Made by a program: the position numbers and the translations under genes. Below the pieces are notes generated by a model. The model was not told the DNA's origin, ran no database searches, and saw only the letters and a list, made by a program, of their open reading frames with translations. A DNA stretch of 59,689 nt, counting the filler. It is 6 parts of 6 records of this genome, joined end to end, with 100 filler letters (N's around TTAATTAATTAA, not from the genome) between each part and the next. Parts side by side here need not be neighbours in the genome. Positions count along the whole stretch, not along the records: positions 38,361 to 50,652 come from SRR31147125_7676; positions 50,753 to 59,689 come from SRR31147125_7710; 4 more parts are not named here. The stretch is one strand, 5' to 3'. This document shows, in pieces, positions 41,073-51,651 of the stretch (position 1 is the first letter of the stretch; every line of letters begins with the position of its first letter).

Positions 41073-41638
41073 TGTATAAGGCTATTGTTATAGGTACTTC
41101 TTATGGAGGACTTGAAGCTTTATCAGCCATCCTTCCTAAGTTTAAAAAGGGATTCCCTATTCCTGTAATAATAGTGTTACATATTGGGGAGCATAATAAT
41201 GAAATGTTTATCAGTCATTTAAATGAGATTTGTGAATTGCATGTTAAAGAAGCCGAAAGCAAAGAATCAATAGAGAATGGCACTATCTACTTTGCACCTC
41301 CGAATTATCATTTACTAATTGAAGAAGATTTTACATTTTCACTTTCGTCTGATGCGAAATTGAATTACTCCAGACCATCCATTGATATTCTTTTTGAATC
41401 GGCAGCCTGGGCTTATAAAAAAGAACTAATTGGGGTCATACTTACAGGTGCAAATTCAGATGGAGCAAAGGGATTGGGCGTAATTAAAGAGTTTGGAGGA
41501 ATGACAATTATAGAAAATCCTTGTCGCGCAACTTCTCCTGCAATGCCGCGGTTTGCTTTAAAAATTATGAAACCTAAAATTATAGTAAGCCTAGATAAGA
41601 TTGCAGATAAACTTATTGAACTTACAAACCTGAGTTGA
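41069..41638 (+). CDS. cheB: Stand-alone CheB methylesterase (no receiver domain)
   Basis: VIGTSYGG, IVLH, APPNYHL, RPSIDILFESAA and ILTGANSDGAKG. Confidence 0.92.
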   Translation: MMYKAIVIGTSYGGLEALSAILPKFKKGFPIPVIIVLHIGEHNNEMFISHLNEICELHVKEAESKESIENGTIYFAPPNYHLLIEEDFTFSLSSDAKLNYSRPSIDILFESAAWAYKKELIGVILTGANSDGAKGLGVIKEFGGMTIIENPCRATSPAMPRFALKIMKPKIIVSLDKIADKLIELTNLS

Positions 41639-41647
41639 TGCTGTTTT

Positions 41648-43546
41648 TTATACTTTAAAATAGGCAATGGCCAGTTCTAATTCTTTAGCTAATTGTGTTA
41701 GTTTTTTTGCATTTTCAGAAAATAATGAAGCTGCTGAAGAGTTTTGCTGAGTAACTAAATTTAATTCTTGAATCGAGCTGTTTACCTGCTCGGCTTCTGA
41801 ATGTTGTTCTACACTGGCAAAAGCAATTTCGTGGATAAGTTGTGCTGTTTTTTCAATGTTCGGAATGATTTTATCTAGCTCGTCTCCTGATCGATTCGAT
41901 ACCTTCAACCCATTTTTAGTTAGATTAATAATTTCGGAAGCTGCTTCCTGTGATCTTTCAGCTAACTTTTTGACCTCATTGCTGACCACTGCAAATCCCT
42001 TCCCTTGTTCGCCAGCACGAGCTGCTTCAACTGCCGCATTTAAAGCTAAAATATTGGTTTGGGTTGCGATTTCATCAATAATGGTAATTCTTTCAGCAAT
42101 GCGTTTCATCGATAAAGTAGCTTCATTGTTCAGTTCCTTACCAGTAATCATCCCTTCAACTGCTTTTCGGGCAATTACTTCAGTTTCTTTTGCATTCTCA
42201 CTGTTTTTTTGAATGGTGTTTACCATTTCTTCCATAGATGCACTAATTTCCTCGGCAGTAGCAGCCTGACTGGATGCTCTTTGGTTTAGTTCACTAGCCG
42301 ATTTGGATAAATCATCACTTGATAAATCAATAACTTTAGCTGCTTTTTTAATCTCAAAAATGGTTCCTTTAACATTTGACGCCATTAATTGCAATGCTCT
42401 TCCAAGATCTCCAACTTCATCATTGCGTTCAATTTTCAATTTGCTATTTAAATGACCGAATGCAATTTGTTCTGAAAAATCGACACTTTCATTTACTGGT
42501 TTAATTATGTTAGTTGCAATCCAATAAATAGAAATATATAAAAATACAAGTCCTAAGATTCCAATAATAATACTTTGAGTAAAAATCTTATTTACACTCT
42601 TGTGCAAAACATTTACAGGTACTTCAGCTCCAATTGTCCATGTTTTTGGAACACCATCAAAATTAATGGGAGCGAGGTACACATAGTATTCGTTACCCGA
42701 TACTCCTTTTTTATATTGAAAGTTTACATCTTGACGAAATTCAATATTTTGTAGTGCTGAAGAATATGATAGGGTGTCTATTGACGAATCATCAAATAGT
42801 TTTTTTCCTACAATCGAATTGTTTGTATGCGCAACAATGCTTCTGTTTGGGGATAAGAAGAATGATTCAGCTCCTTCAAATGGATGCATATCCGTGATAA
42901 TGGAATTCATATTCGCAAGGCTAATATCAACACCAACCATTCCTTGGAATTTTCCGTTATCTCTAATGGGGAAAACAAATGAAGTCATTAAAATTCCTGC
43001 TAATTCTTTGGTTAGCATGTCATAGTAGGGGTCTTGTATGTTGTCAGTATTTGCCTTTCGTAAATCGTAGTACAAACCGGTTAAATCTTTGTTGTTCTGA
43101 TCAACCGTATTTACTGTTTGACTCACTTTCCCATCTTTTCTATAGAAAACATTTCGTTTTCTACCATTTTTCAATTTGTAAGTTGGGTCGAGAGCTTTTA
43201 TCTCCCATATTTGCCAGGTCGATAGGTAATTCGGATTATTTTCCAGCCAACTTCTTAGTAGTTCGTTATAGAACACATCTTTATTTTCACTTGGAACTGA
43301 TAAATAACTCTGGTACATGTCACGGATAACAGCTGTTTCATCATATACTTTCATCATGTTCGAACGTACAAGATTTCGATGTTCCAATACACTGGTATTA
43401 ATAATGGTTTTTGCATCGTCTAAAGCTTTCCTTTTTACATTGTAACTAATATAAATAAGCGTGAACCCATAAATAAGTGTGAAAACTGTTAAAACATACA
43501 GCAATAGCTTGTTTCTCAGACGTAGTTTTCTAATAATATCCATCAT
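41648..43546 (-). CDS. Methyl-accepting chemotaxis protein (TM-Cache-TM-HAMP-MA)
   Basis: IATQTNILALNAAVEAARAGEQGKGFAVVSNEVKKLAERS; two TM helices; DPYYD and GVDISL Cache motifs. Confidence 0.95.
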   Translation of the reverse strand: MMDIIRKLRLRNKLLLYVLTVFTLIYGFTLIYISYNVKRKALDDAKTIINTSVLEHRNLVRSNMMKVYDETAVIRDMYQSYLSVPSENKDVFYNELLRSWLENNPNYLSTWQIWEIKALDPTYKLKNGRKRNVFYRKDGKVSQTVNTVDQNNKDLTGLYYDLRKANTDNIQDPYYDMLTKELAGILMTSFVFPIRDNGKFQGMVGVDISLANMNSIITDMHPFEGAESFFLSPNRSIVAHTNNSIVGKKLFDDSSIDTLSYSSALQNIEFRQDVNFQYKKGVSGNEYYVYLAPINFDGVPKTWTIGAEVPVNVLHKSVNKIFTQSIIIGILGLVFLYISIYWIATNIIKPVNESVDFSEQIAFGHLNSKLKIERNDEVGDLGRALQLMASNVKGTIFEIKKAAKVIDLSSDDLSKSASELNQRASSQAATAEEISASMEEMVNTIQKNSENAKETEVIARKAVEGMITGKELNNEATLSMKRIAERITIIDEIATQTNILALNAAVEAARAGEQGKGFAVVSNEVKKLAERSQEAASEIINLTKNGLKVSNRSGDELDKIIPNIEKTAQLIHEIAFASVEQHSEAEQVNSSIQELNLVTQQNSSAASLFSENAKKLTQLAKELELAIAYFKV

Positions 43547-43953
43547 AGTAATATTCCTTTGTCTCTATAAAAGCTAGTCTATAGAAATAGATAACCTCTT
43601 CTTGAAATGTTGATTCATCCATCCTTTCGAAGGATTTTACCCTAATAGCCCGAAGATAAAAAATTTACTCGATTCAGATTAAGCATAACTTTTTTTAGTG
43701 AACAATCCTTAATTATTTATATTCATTATGAGTAATTAATTAAAGATCGTATTATAAGCTATTTTGCATTCTGAAATTGAGCATAATAAAGTTTGGAAAG
43801 TTTATTTTTAAATACGATAACAAAGTGCAATAACTTTTAGTGCTAAAAACGGAGGATCAAATAAATTGTTCTCTATGATATTTGACAGTTTATTTCTCCG
43901 GCTTGTTTTTTTAACTTGTACTGTTGTTTCAGTTTTAAAAAAGCAAAAGAAGT

Positions 43954-45201
43954 ATGAAGCTTATTCTGCAAAATATAAAGGAGTTAGTGCAGGTTGAAAA
44001 AAAAGCAAGAACTTGGGTTACCGGAAAAGAAATGGCAAAGATACCTGTTTTGAATGATGCCTACCTTATTGTTCAGGATGATCATATAGAGTCTTTTGGA
44101 TTGATGAAGGATTTTCGGTTTGATGATTTGAATGATGATATGGTCATGGAAATTGATTGTTCGGGGAAAATTGTCATGCCTTCCTATTGTGATTCGCATA
44201 CTCATTTGGTTTTTCCTGAAAGCCGTGAGAAAGAGTTTGTTGATCGAATAAATGGGCTAAGCTATGAAAAAATTGCCCAAAATGGAGGTGGTATTCTCAA
44301 TTCTGCCAAAAAAATGGAGGCGGTGTGTGAGGATGAGTTATTCGACTCAGCGATCTTGCGATTAAATGAAATCAGTTCATTGGGAACTGGCGCTGTTGAA
44401 ATTAAAAGTGGTTACGGCCTTTCTGTGGAATCTGAGTTGAAAATGTTGAGGGTAATTCGTCGTTTGAAAGAGATTAGTCCATTGATTATTAAGTCTACTT
44501 TTTTGGGAGCGCATGCAATTCCAGCTAAGTACAAGAATAATCGTAATGAATACATTGATCTTATTATTAATGAAATGATCCCATTGGTTGCAAATGAAGA
44601 ATTGGCTGACTATATGGATGTGTTTTGTGATCAAGGGTTTTTTACGGTTGAAGAAACAGATCGATTATTAATGGCTGGGCTTAAATATGGCTTACGACCA
44701 AAAATTCATGCCAATGAACTTGGTTTAACTGGTGGTATTCAGGTTGGAGTAAAAAACAATGCTCTCACTGTCGATCATCTCGAATTTGTTGGAGAGGAAG
44801 AAATTGAAGCATTAAAAGGTTCTGAAACAATGCCAACAGTGTTGCCCGGAGCAGCTTTCTTTTTAAATATGCGTTGTTCACCAGTTCGTGAAATGATGAA
44901 TGCAGGACTTCCATTAGCATTAGCTTCAGATTATAATCCGGGTTCGTCACCTTCGGGAAATATAAATCTCATTCAGTCTCTAGCTTGTGTGAATTATAAA
45001 ATGACCCCTGCTGAAGCAATTAATGCAGTGACTATAAATTCAGCTTATGCTATGGGGCTGGAGAAAATGTGTGGGAGTATTTGCCCTGGAAAGCAAGCCA
45101 ATCTTTTTATTACCAAGGAACTTCCCGGATATGAATCAATTCCGTATTATTTTGGGAGTAACCCTGTTGAAACAGTTATTTTAGGTGGAGAAATTCAATA
45201 A
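43954..45201 (+). CDS. hutI: Imidazolonepropionase
   Basis: DSHTHLVF, EIKSGYGL, TFLGAHA, DVFCD, KIHANEL and ASDYNPGSSP. Confidence 0.95.
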   Translation: MKLILQNIKELVQVEKKARTWVTGKEMAKIPVLNDAYLIVQDDHIESFGLMKDFRFDDLNDDMVMEIDCSGKIVMPSYCDSHTHLVFPESREKEFVDRINGLSYEKIAQNGGGILNSAKKMEAVCEDELFDSAILRLNEISSLGTGAVEIKSGYGLSVESELKMLRVIRRLKEISPLIIKSTFLGAHAIPAKYKNNRNEYIDLIINEMIPLVANEELADYMDVFCDQGFFTVEETDRLLMAGLKYGLRPKIHANELGLTGGIQVGVKNNALTVDHLEFVGEEEIEALKGSETMPTVLPGAAFFLNMRCSPVREMMNAGLPLALASDYNPGSSPSGNINLIQSLACVNYKMTPAEAINAVTINSAYAMGLEKMCGSICPGKQANLFITKELPGYESIPYYFGSNPVETVILGGEIQ

Positions 45202-45211
45202 ATTAGTTGCT

Positions 45212-46891
45212 ATGAACCAGTTGATAGAATGTGTTCCCAATTTTAGCGAAGGTCGTAACCCACAGGTAATTAAACAAATTACGAATACTATCGAAAATAT
45301 TGAAGGTGTAAAGCTACTTAACGTAGATCCTGGCAAGGCAACCAATCGTACCGTGGTAACTTTTGTTGGGACTCCTGATAATGTAATCGAAGCAGCTTTT
45401 CAGGCAGTAAAAAAGGCAGCCGAAGTAATTGATATGAGCAAGCACCGTGGAGAGCATCCCCGGTTCGGTGCTACTGATGTTTGTCCGTTGGTGCCCATTG
45501 CGAATATTAGCATGGAAGAAACTGTGAAGTATGCCCATAAACTTGCAAAACGGATAGGCGAAGAATTATCTATTCCGATTTATTGCTACGAATTTGCAGC
45601 TCAAAAAGAAGAGCGTCGAAGTTTGGCAAATTGCCGTTCTGGTGAATATGAGGGGTTGCCTGAGAAGTTGAAAGACCCAAACTGGAAGCCTGATTTTGGT
45701 CCTTCTGAGTTTAACGCGTCTGCTGGTGCAACTGCTGTAAGTGCTCGTAATTTTCTTGTTGCCTATAATGTGAATCTAAATACAACTTCAACCCGACGAG
45801 CCAATTCTGTTGCCTTTGATGTGCGTGAAGCAGGTCGGGTAAAACGAGAGGGAAATCCAATTACCGGGAAAATTATTAAAGATGAAAATAATGAGTCGGT
45901 TCGAATTCCCGGTACGCTGAAAAAAGTCCGTGCCATTGGCTGGTATATTGAGGAATATGGTGTTGCTCAAATTTCGATGAATCTAACAGATATAACAGTT
46001 ACCCCTGTTCATATTGCTTTTGATGAAGTTTGTAAAAGTGCCGAAAAACGAGGGATGCGTGTTACTGGATCAGAGTTGGTTGGCTTAATTCCACTTCAGG
46101 CTATGTTAGATTCCGGTAAATACTTTCTGAAAAAACAGGAGCGTTCTGCAGGAGTTTCGGATGATGAAATTATTAAAATTGCAATCAAATCAATGGGGCT
46201 TGATGAACTTGGTGAATTTAATCCAAGGGAGCGTATCATTGAATATTTACTAGAAGACGATAAGTCTGAGCTAAAAGATTTTTCATTGAAAATCTTTATG
46301 GAAGAAACAGCTTCAGAATCACCAGCTCCTGGAGGTGGTTCAATTTCTGCTTATGTTGGAGCGTTAGGTGCAGCGTTGGGAGGTATGGTTGCAAACCTAT
46401 CGTCGCATAAACGAGGTTGGGATGAACGCTGGGAGGAGTTTTCGGATTGGGCTGAAAAAGGCAAAATGTATCAGAAGAAATTGCTTAAACTGGTTGATGA
46501 AGATACTGATGCTTTCAATCAGATTATGGCTGCATTTGCTTTGCCAAAAAGTACTGAAGATGAAAAGTCTTTTCGGGTGCAATCCATTCAGGATGCTACT
46601 TTAAATGCTATTTTAACTCCATTGAAAGTTATGGAGACTGCTTTTGAATCTATGGAAGTATTGCAGGCTATGGCAGAAATTGGAAATCCGAATTCAGTTT
46701 CAGATGCAGGGGTTGGGGCTTTGTGTGCCCGGACTGCAGTTCAAGGGGCTTACTTAAATGTAAGAATCAATTTGGGTGATTTGAAGGATGAAGAAAAAGT
46801 AGCTCAACTAAAGCATGAAGCCGAAGAGATTCTTTTTCGGGCAGAAACCAAAGAGCAGCTTATTTTAAAATTAGTTGAAGAGAAGATATAG
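45212..46891 (+). CDS. ftcd: Bifunctional glutamate formimidoyltransferase / formiminotetrahydrofolate cyclodeaminase
   Basis: ECVPNFSEGR, HPRFGATDVCP, QISMNL and SPAPGGGS; directly follows hutI. Confidence 0.95.
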   Translation: MNQLIECVPNFSEGRNPQVIKQITNTIENIEGVKLLNVDPGKATNRTVVTFVGTPDNVIEAAFQAVKKAAEVIDMSKHRGEHPRFGATDVCPLVPIANISMEETVKYAHKLAKRIGEELSIPIYCYEFAAQKEERRSLANCRSGEYEGLPEKLKDPNWKPDFGPSEFNASAGATAVSARNFLVAYNVNLNTTSTRRANSVAFDVREAGRVKREGNPITGKIIKDENNESVRIPGTLKKVRAIGWYIEEYGVAQISMNLTDITVTPVHIAFDEVCKSAEKRGMRVTGSELVGLIPLQAMLDSGKYFLKKQERSAGVSDDEIIKIAIKSMGLDELGEFNPRERIIEYLLEDDKSELKDFSLKIFMEETASESPAPGGGSISAYVGALGAALGGMVANLSSHKRGWDERWEEFSDWAEKGKMYQKKLLKLVDEDTDAFNQIMAAFALPKSTEDEKSFRVQSIQDATLNAILTPLKVMETAFESMEVLQAMAEIGNPNSVSDAGVGALCARTAVQGAYLNVRINLGDLKDEEKVAQLKHEAEEILFRAETKEQLILKLVEEKI

Positions 46892-46969
46892 TGAATATTA
46901 AGAATCGAAAACCATTCTTGCTTATGCAGTGTGTAAAACGAGAAAGATAATTCTTTTTCCTTTGTGTTT

Positions 46970-47575
46970 TTAAATTTCAATCATCATACCTGCACTTAGT
47001 GTAAACGTATTAATTCCCATGTTTGGTGGTTTTGTGCCTGCATTGCTAATGTGTCTGAATCCAGGTCTTAGATCAAAGTAAGTTTTGTTCATAAGCTTTA
47101 CGGTAAAGCCAAAATCAAGATATGTTGAAAAAATAAAGCCTTTTGCCTGTCGTCTGGGAGAATCGGAAATGTAATGAGGTCCAGCTCCAATTATGCTATA
47201 AAAACCAATGATGTCACGAACCAGATTTGTTCTTGCCAATATTCCAGCGCTTAGTCCGTATTCTTTACCATCTACATTTTCAATGATTTCTCCAATTTTT
47301 GTAAAATTCGAAAGATTATATTGAGGTTGAAGTACAGCCTCCCAGTTCCATTTTTCTTTTTGAGAAAAAGTATAAGAGTATTCTAGCTGAAAAAGAACAA
47401 CCTCATAATTATATCTTGCCGGAAATATTACCTGATCACCAACTCCGGATATAAAACCAAATTTGTGTCTTGATACTTCTTCTGCGGGAGCTTTTTGGCT
47501 CCAAAGAACATGGCTTGTAAGTATGAATATAATGTTTAGTAAAATGAATTTAATCAGGCAGGTATTTAGTCTCAT
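46970..47575 (-). CDS. PagL-like lipid A deacylase / acyloxyacyl hydrolase outer-membrane protein
   Basis: Signal peptide, amphipathic beta strands, and the C-terminal FRHISNAG..PNMGIN motif. Confidence 0.8.
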   Translation of the reverse strand: MRLNTCLIKFILLNIIFILTSHVLWSQKAPAEEVSRHKFGFISGVGDQVIFPARYNYEVVLFQLEYSYTFSQKEKWNWEAVLQPQYNLSNFTKIGEIIENVDGKEYGLSAGILARTNLVRDIIGFYSIIGAGPHYISDSPRRQAKGFIFSTYLDFGFTVKLMNKTYFDLRPGFRHISNAGTKPPNMGINTFTLSAGMMIEI

Positions 47576-47724
47576 TTCGTTCAGCTTTTATTTTCAGCAT
47601 GCCAATATACAAAATTGATTGCATTTGTAAGAGAACTTCAGGATTGAATCAATTCTAATTCATACTGTTATTTATCAGAACCTTGTAAATTGAAACGCAT
47701 CGGTAAAATTTATTAATATTTGTT

Positions 47725-47754
47725 TTTGCTTTCGATTATTTTCGATTACTTTTG
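47725..47754 (+). promoter_or_regulatory. Bacteroidota promoter overlapped by a putative DeoR operator
   Basis: TACTTTTG -7 element at 47747-47754; TTTG at 47725-47728; direct repeat TTTCGATTA at 47730 and 47740. Confidence 0.55.
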
Positions 47755-47776
47755 AAAAATAAAAATACGAAACAGT

Positions 47777-48544
47777 ATGCTAGCAAATCAACGACGCGAA
47801 AAAATTCTGGAATTGCTGAAAGAAGATGGTTCAGCAAAGGTTATAAAACTATCTAAAATTTTTAAAGTATCAGAGGTAACTATCCGGCAAGATCTTGAGA
47901 AACTTGAAAAGGATGGTTATATCAAGCGTGAACACGGTGGCGCTTTTCTTAAAGATGTTGAAGACAGCGTAAAGTCGTTTATGCCTCTAAATAAAGATAA
48001 TCTTGATCGCAAACAAATAATTGGGAAAATGGCTGCAGAGCTGATTGAAACAGGAGAGATTATCATTCTTGATTCAGGCTCAACGACTACCGAAATTGCC
48101 AAAAACCTTGTTGGTAGAAAAGGGATTACGGTTATTACAAATGCTTTAAATATTGCACTTCTGTTAGGTGCAGAACAAGGGATTGAAGTTATTGTTACAG
48201 GTGGAGAATTTAAACCTCCTACAATTTCACTTACCGGACAAAAAGCTGCTACCTTTTTTGATGATATTCATGTGGATAAATTATTTCTGGCAACTGCAGG
48301 AATATCGCTAAAGTTTGGACTTACATACCCAAGTAGTAGTGATATTGTTGTGAAGAAAGCGATGATAGATGCAGCAGATATTACCTATTTGGTTGCTGAT
48401 TCTTCTAAAATTGGAAAAAATTCTTTTGCCAGCCTGGGAGCACTATCCTTAATCGATTACATTATTACTGATCCGGATATTGATGAGGCTGAACTTCAGA
48501 TTTTTAAAGATAACGAGATCGAGATATTAATTACCGATAATTAG
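47777..48544 (+). CDS. DeoR/GlpR-family transcriptional regulator
   Basis: VSEVTIRQDL..L HTH, REHGGA, LDSGSTT, VITNAL and ADSSKIG. Confidence 0.95.
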   Translation: MLANQRREKILELLKEDGSAKVIKLSKIFKVSEVTIRQDLEKLEKDGYIKREHGGAFLKDVEDSVKSFMPLNKDNLDRKQIIGKMAAELIETGEIIILDSGSTTTEIAKNLVGRKGITVITNALNIALLLGAEQGIEVIVTGGEFKPPTISLTGQKAATFFDDIHVDKLFLATAGISLKFGLTYPSSSDIVVKKAMIDAADITYLVADSSKIGKNSFASLGALSLIDYIITDPDIDEAELQIFKDNEIEILITDN

Positions 48545-48567
48545 GACAAAAAGAATTGAACATTTTT

Positions 48568-50061
48568 ATGAATCAATCAAAACAATATATTATTGCTATT
48601 GACCAAAGTACCTCAGCTTCTAAGGTCATTTTGTTTAATCGAAAAGCTGAGCTAATTCATCGTGTTAGTATTTCGCATCAGCAGTTTTATCCTGAAGATG
48701 GATTTGTGGAGCACGATGCCATGGAGATTCTCAATAATGTAGTTTCCGCTTTAAAAACATTGCTCTCTGAAACAAATATTTCAGAAGATGATGTAGTTGG
48801 CATTGGAATTACCAACCAACGGGAAACAGCAATGATTTGGGATAAAACTACCGGATTACCGGTTGCAAATGCCGCGGTTTGGCAATGCCAGCGTGGAGCT
48901 GAATATTGTAAAGAAATCATTGAAACGGAGTGGAATGAAATTATTAGTGAAAAAACTGGACTAAGGATTGATCCCTATTTCTCAGCTAGCAAGTTAAGGT
49001 GGCTGATGAAAAATGTTGATGGGCTAAAAGAAAAAGCGAAGAATGGTGATTTGCTCCTTGGCACGATGGATAGCTGGTTGCTATATAAACTTACCGGTGA
49101 TCAGGTTCATGCTACAGATTACTCAAATGCCTGCCGCACCATGCTTTTCAATATTAATTCGTTGGAATGGGATGCTGAAATCTCAAAAAAGTTCGAGTTG
49201 GAGTTATCTATGTTTCCTGAAGTGAAATTTAGTGATGAAATTTTTGGCTATACGAATCCATCTGTTGTTTTTGAAAAACCTTTACCTATTTCAGGCTTGA
49301 TTGGTGATTCGCACGGAGCATTGTTTGGGCAGAATTGTTTTTCTCCCGGAATGGCAAAATCTACTTATGGGACGGGTTCTTCCATGATGATGAATATTGG
49401 CGAAGAATCACAAAAAGCACCAGAAGGACTGGTAACTTCTATTGGATACAGTTGCAATAAGAAAATACATTATGTGTTTGAAGGAAACATTCATTGCACA
49501 GGCGATACCTTAAACTGGCTTAAAAATGAAGTGCAGTTAATCGCAGATGCTAAGGAGACAGAACCGTTAGCAAAATCTGTTGACGGTAATAACGGTGTTT
49601 ACCTGGTTCCTGCATTTGTTGGACTTGGTGCTCCATACTGGGACAATGAAGCCAGAGCCTGTTTGTCGGGGATGCCCCGAAATACAACAAAAGCTCACAT
49701 TGTTAGGGCAGCACTAGAGAGTATTGCCTACCAGGTTAAAGATCTGGTTTCCTTAATGGAAGAGCAGGGTGGCATTCCACTAAAAGAGCTTCGTGTGGAT
49801 GGCGGACCAACCCGAAATAAATTTTTAATGCAATTTCAATCTGATATTCTCAACCGGGAAGTAGTTGCTTCTGATATAGAAGAAATTTCAGCACTTGGAG
49901 CGACTTTCCTTGCCGGACTTGCTTTTGGGTTCTGGGAAAGCCTGAATGAAATTGCTTCATTACGAAAAACAGGGAATAAATTTCAACCAGATATGCCTGA
50001 AGAAACAATTAGCCAATTAAATACGGGTTGGAAAAAAGCAGTAGAGAGGGCAAGACTATAA
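48568..50061 (+). CDS. FGGY-family carbohydrate kinase (glycerol-kinase-like; substrate probably not glycerol)
   Basis: IAIDQSTS, GITNQRET, DPYFSASK, KSTYGTGS and LRVDGG; has GDSHGAL where GlpK has GDQQAAL. Confidence 0.85.
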   Translation: MNQSKQYIIAIDQSTSASKVILFNRKAELIHRVSISHQQFYPEDGFVEHDAMEILNNVVSALKTLLSETNISEDDVVGIGITNQRETAMIWDKTTGLPVANAAVWQCQRGAEYCKEIIETEWNEIISEKTGLRIDPYFSASKLRWLMKNVDGLKEKAKNGDLLLGTMDSWLLYKLTGDQVHATDYSNACRTMLFNINSLEWDAEISKKFELELSMFPEVKFSDEIFGYTNPSVVFEKPLPISGLIGDSHGALFGQNCFSPGMAKSTYGTGSSMMMNIGEESQKAPEGLVTSIGYSCNKKIHYVFEGNIHCTGDTLNWLKNEVQLIADAKETEPLAKSVDGNNGVYLVPAFVGLGAPYWDNEARACLSGMPRNTTKAHIVRAALESIAYQVKDLVSLMEEQGGIPLKELRVDGGPTRNKFLMQFQSDILNREVVASDIEEISALGATFLAGLAFGFWESLNEIASLRKTGNKFQPDMPEETISQLNTGWKKAVERARL

Positions 50062-50100
50062 ATATAAAATAGGATAAAAATAATTTAAAGAAATATAAAA

Positions 50101-50652
50101 ATGGAAAAGCAAACATTTGGTGTAATTATCGCTACACGAAATATTTTTAATTCGAAACTGGCTGTTGAAGCTCGTGCAAAAGTTTTAGACAAACTTGAGA
50201 AATTAGGTTACGGTTCTGTTATTCTGCCAACTGAAGAAACGCCAACAGGAAATGTTGAAGGTTATGCTGACGCTGTTAAATGTGCAGAATTTTTTAAAAA
50301 GCATGCTGATAAAATTGAAGGTATAATTGTAGTGTTACCCAATTTTGGAGATGAGCTGGGTGTGGTTAATTCAATTCAGATGGCAGGCTTAAATGTACCT
50401 GTCTTGGTTCAGGCTGTTGATGATGATAATGATAAAGTGGATGTGAAAAGCCGCCGTGATTCATTCTGTGGGAAACTTTCAGTTTGCAATAACTTCTATC
50501 AGTATGGAATAAAATTTACCGATACAATTTATCACACATATAGCCTCGATAGTGAAGAGTTTGTAAAAGACATAAATAAATTTGCCGGAATTTGCCGTGT
50601 GGTAAAAGGGTTACGTGGCCTGCGGGTTGGAGCAATCGGCACTCGTCCAATT
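50101..50652 (+). CDS. L-fucose/L-arabinose isomerase-family protein, 3' truncated
   Basis: LPNFGDE, RRDSFCGKLSVCNN and GAIGTRP. Confidence 0.8.
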
Positions 50653-50752
50653 NNNNNNNNNNNNNNNNNNNNNNNNNNNNNNNNNNNNNNNNNNNNTTAA
50701 TTAATTAANNNNNNNNNNNNNNNNNNNNNNNNNNNNNNNNNNNNNNNNNNNN
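50653..50752. other. Artificial contig linker
   Basis: N run with TTAATTAATTAA. Confidence 0.99.
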
Positions 50753-51644
50753 TTTTATGTGTCCAGAGCCACTGTTCTGGAGCCTGAGAGATAATCTCTG
50801 ATAATTCGTTATTTATTTCTGTCAAAATCCGGAGGCGTTCCTTAGCAGATTTATTGGTGACATCAGGGATTATAGGTTTTCCTGCAGTAATCTGAAAATG
50901 CATAGCTTTACCATTTATACGATGTACTGCTACAGGGATAATCGGAGCGCCTGTTTTTAACGCCATGTCGGCAATAGCAATGCCGGTACTGGCTGGTCTG
51001 CCTAAAAAAGGGATTCTTACTCCCTGTTCACCAGCATCCTGATCGACTAGAATACCGACTGCTTTCTTCTTTTTAATTGTTCTCAGTGTATTTATGAGAG
51101 CACCTTCTTTATACCAGATTTTCTGACCGGAAACAGTTCTGAATTCTTTTACCTTGTTGTTTATCAGCGGGTTATCCAGAGGTCTGGCTATAGAGCCCTC
51201 AAGAATACCTGCCAGGCTTCCTGCAGCACCAGTAAATTCCCAGTTGCCTATATGACCAGTTGCCAGAAAAACACCTTTTTTATGCTCTTTTTTGAGGCGT
51301 TCAAAAGTCTTTTTGAATTCAGTGGTATCCAGATGCTTATCAATGTTATCTTTGTTAAGTTTATCTATACGGACACACTCAGCAAAAAGGCAGCCAAAAT
51401 GTTTATAAAACTCTTTGACAAATTTATCATATTCTGCATCAGTATAACGATTTCTGAAGCAGGTCTTCATCTGCTGTTTTATAAAATGCGGAGACCTTCG
51501 AGAGAGCAGGCAGAAAAATCTCGCCAGAACTTCTCCGAGCTTGATAGCAATACAGAGAGGTAAAAATCTCAAAATACCTGCGGCCAACAAGAATCCGGCA
51601 TACTGTAGATAAACTATAAACTTTTTGGTGCACGGGAGTCTCAT
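50753..51644 (-). CDS. Lipid A biosynthesis acyltransferase (LpxL/HtrB family), 3' end cut by the contig end
   Basis: GHIGNWE, RPLDNP, LVDQDA, PFLGRPA and PEQWLWTH. Confidence 0.9.
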
Positions 51645-51651
51645 TATAAGC

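Noticed and set aside
6022-50752. TTAATTAATTAA recurring five times inside N runs
   Set aside because: Artificial six-frame-stop linker, not a biological repeat. Gene neighbourhoods across linkers carry no meaning.
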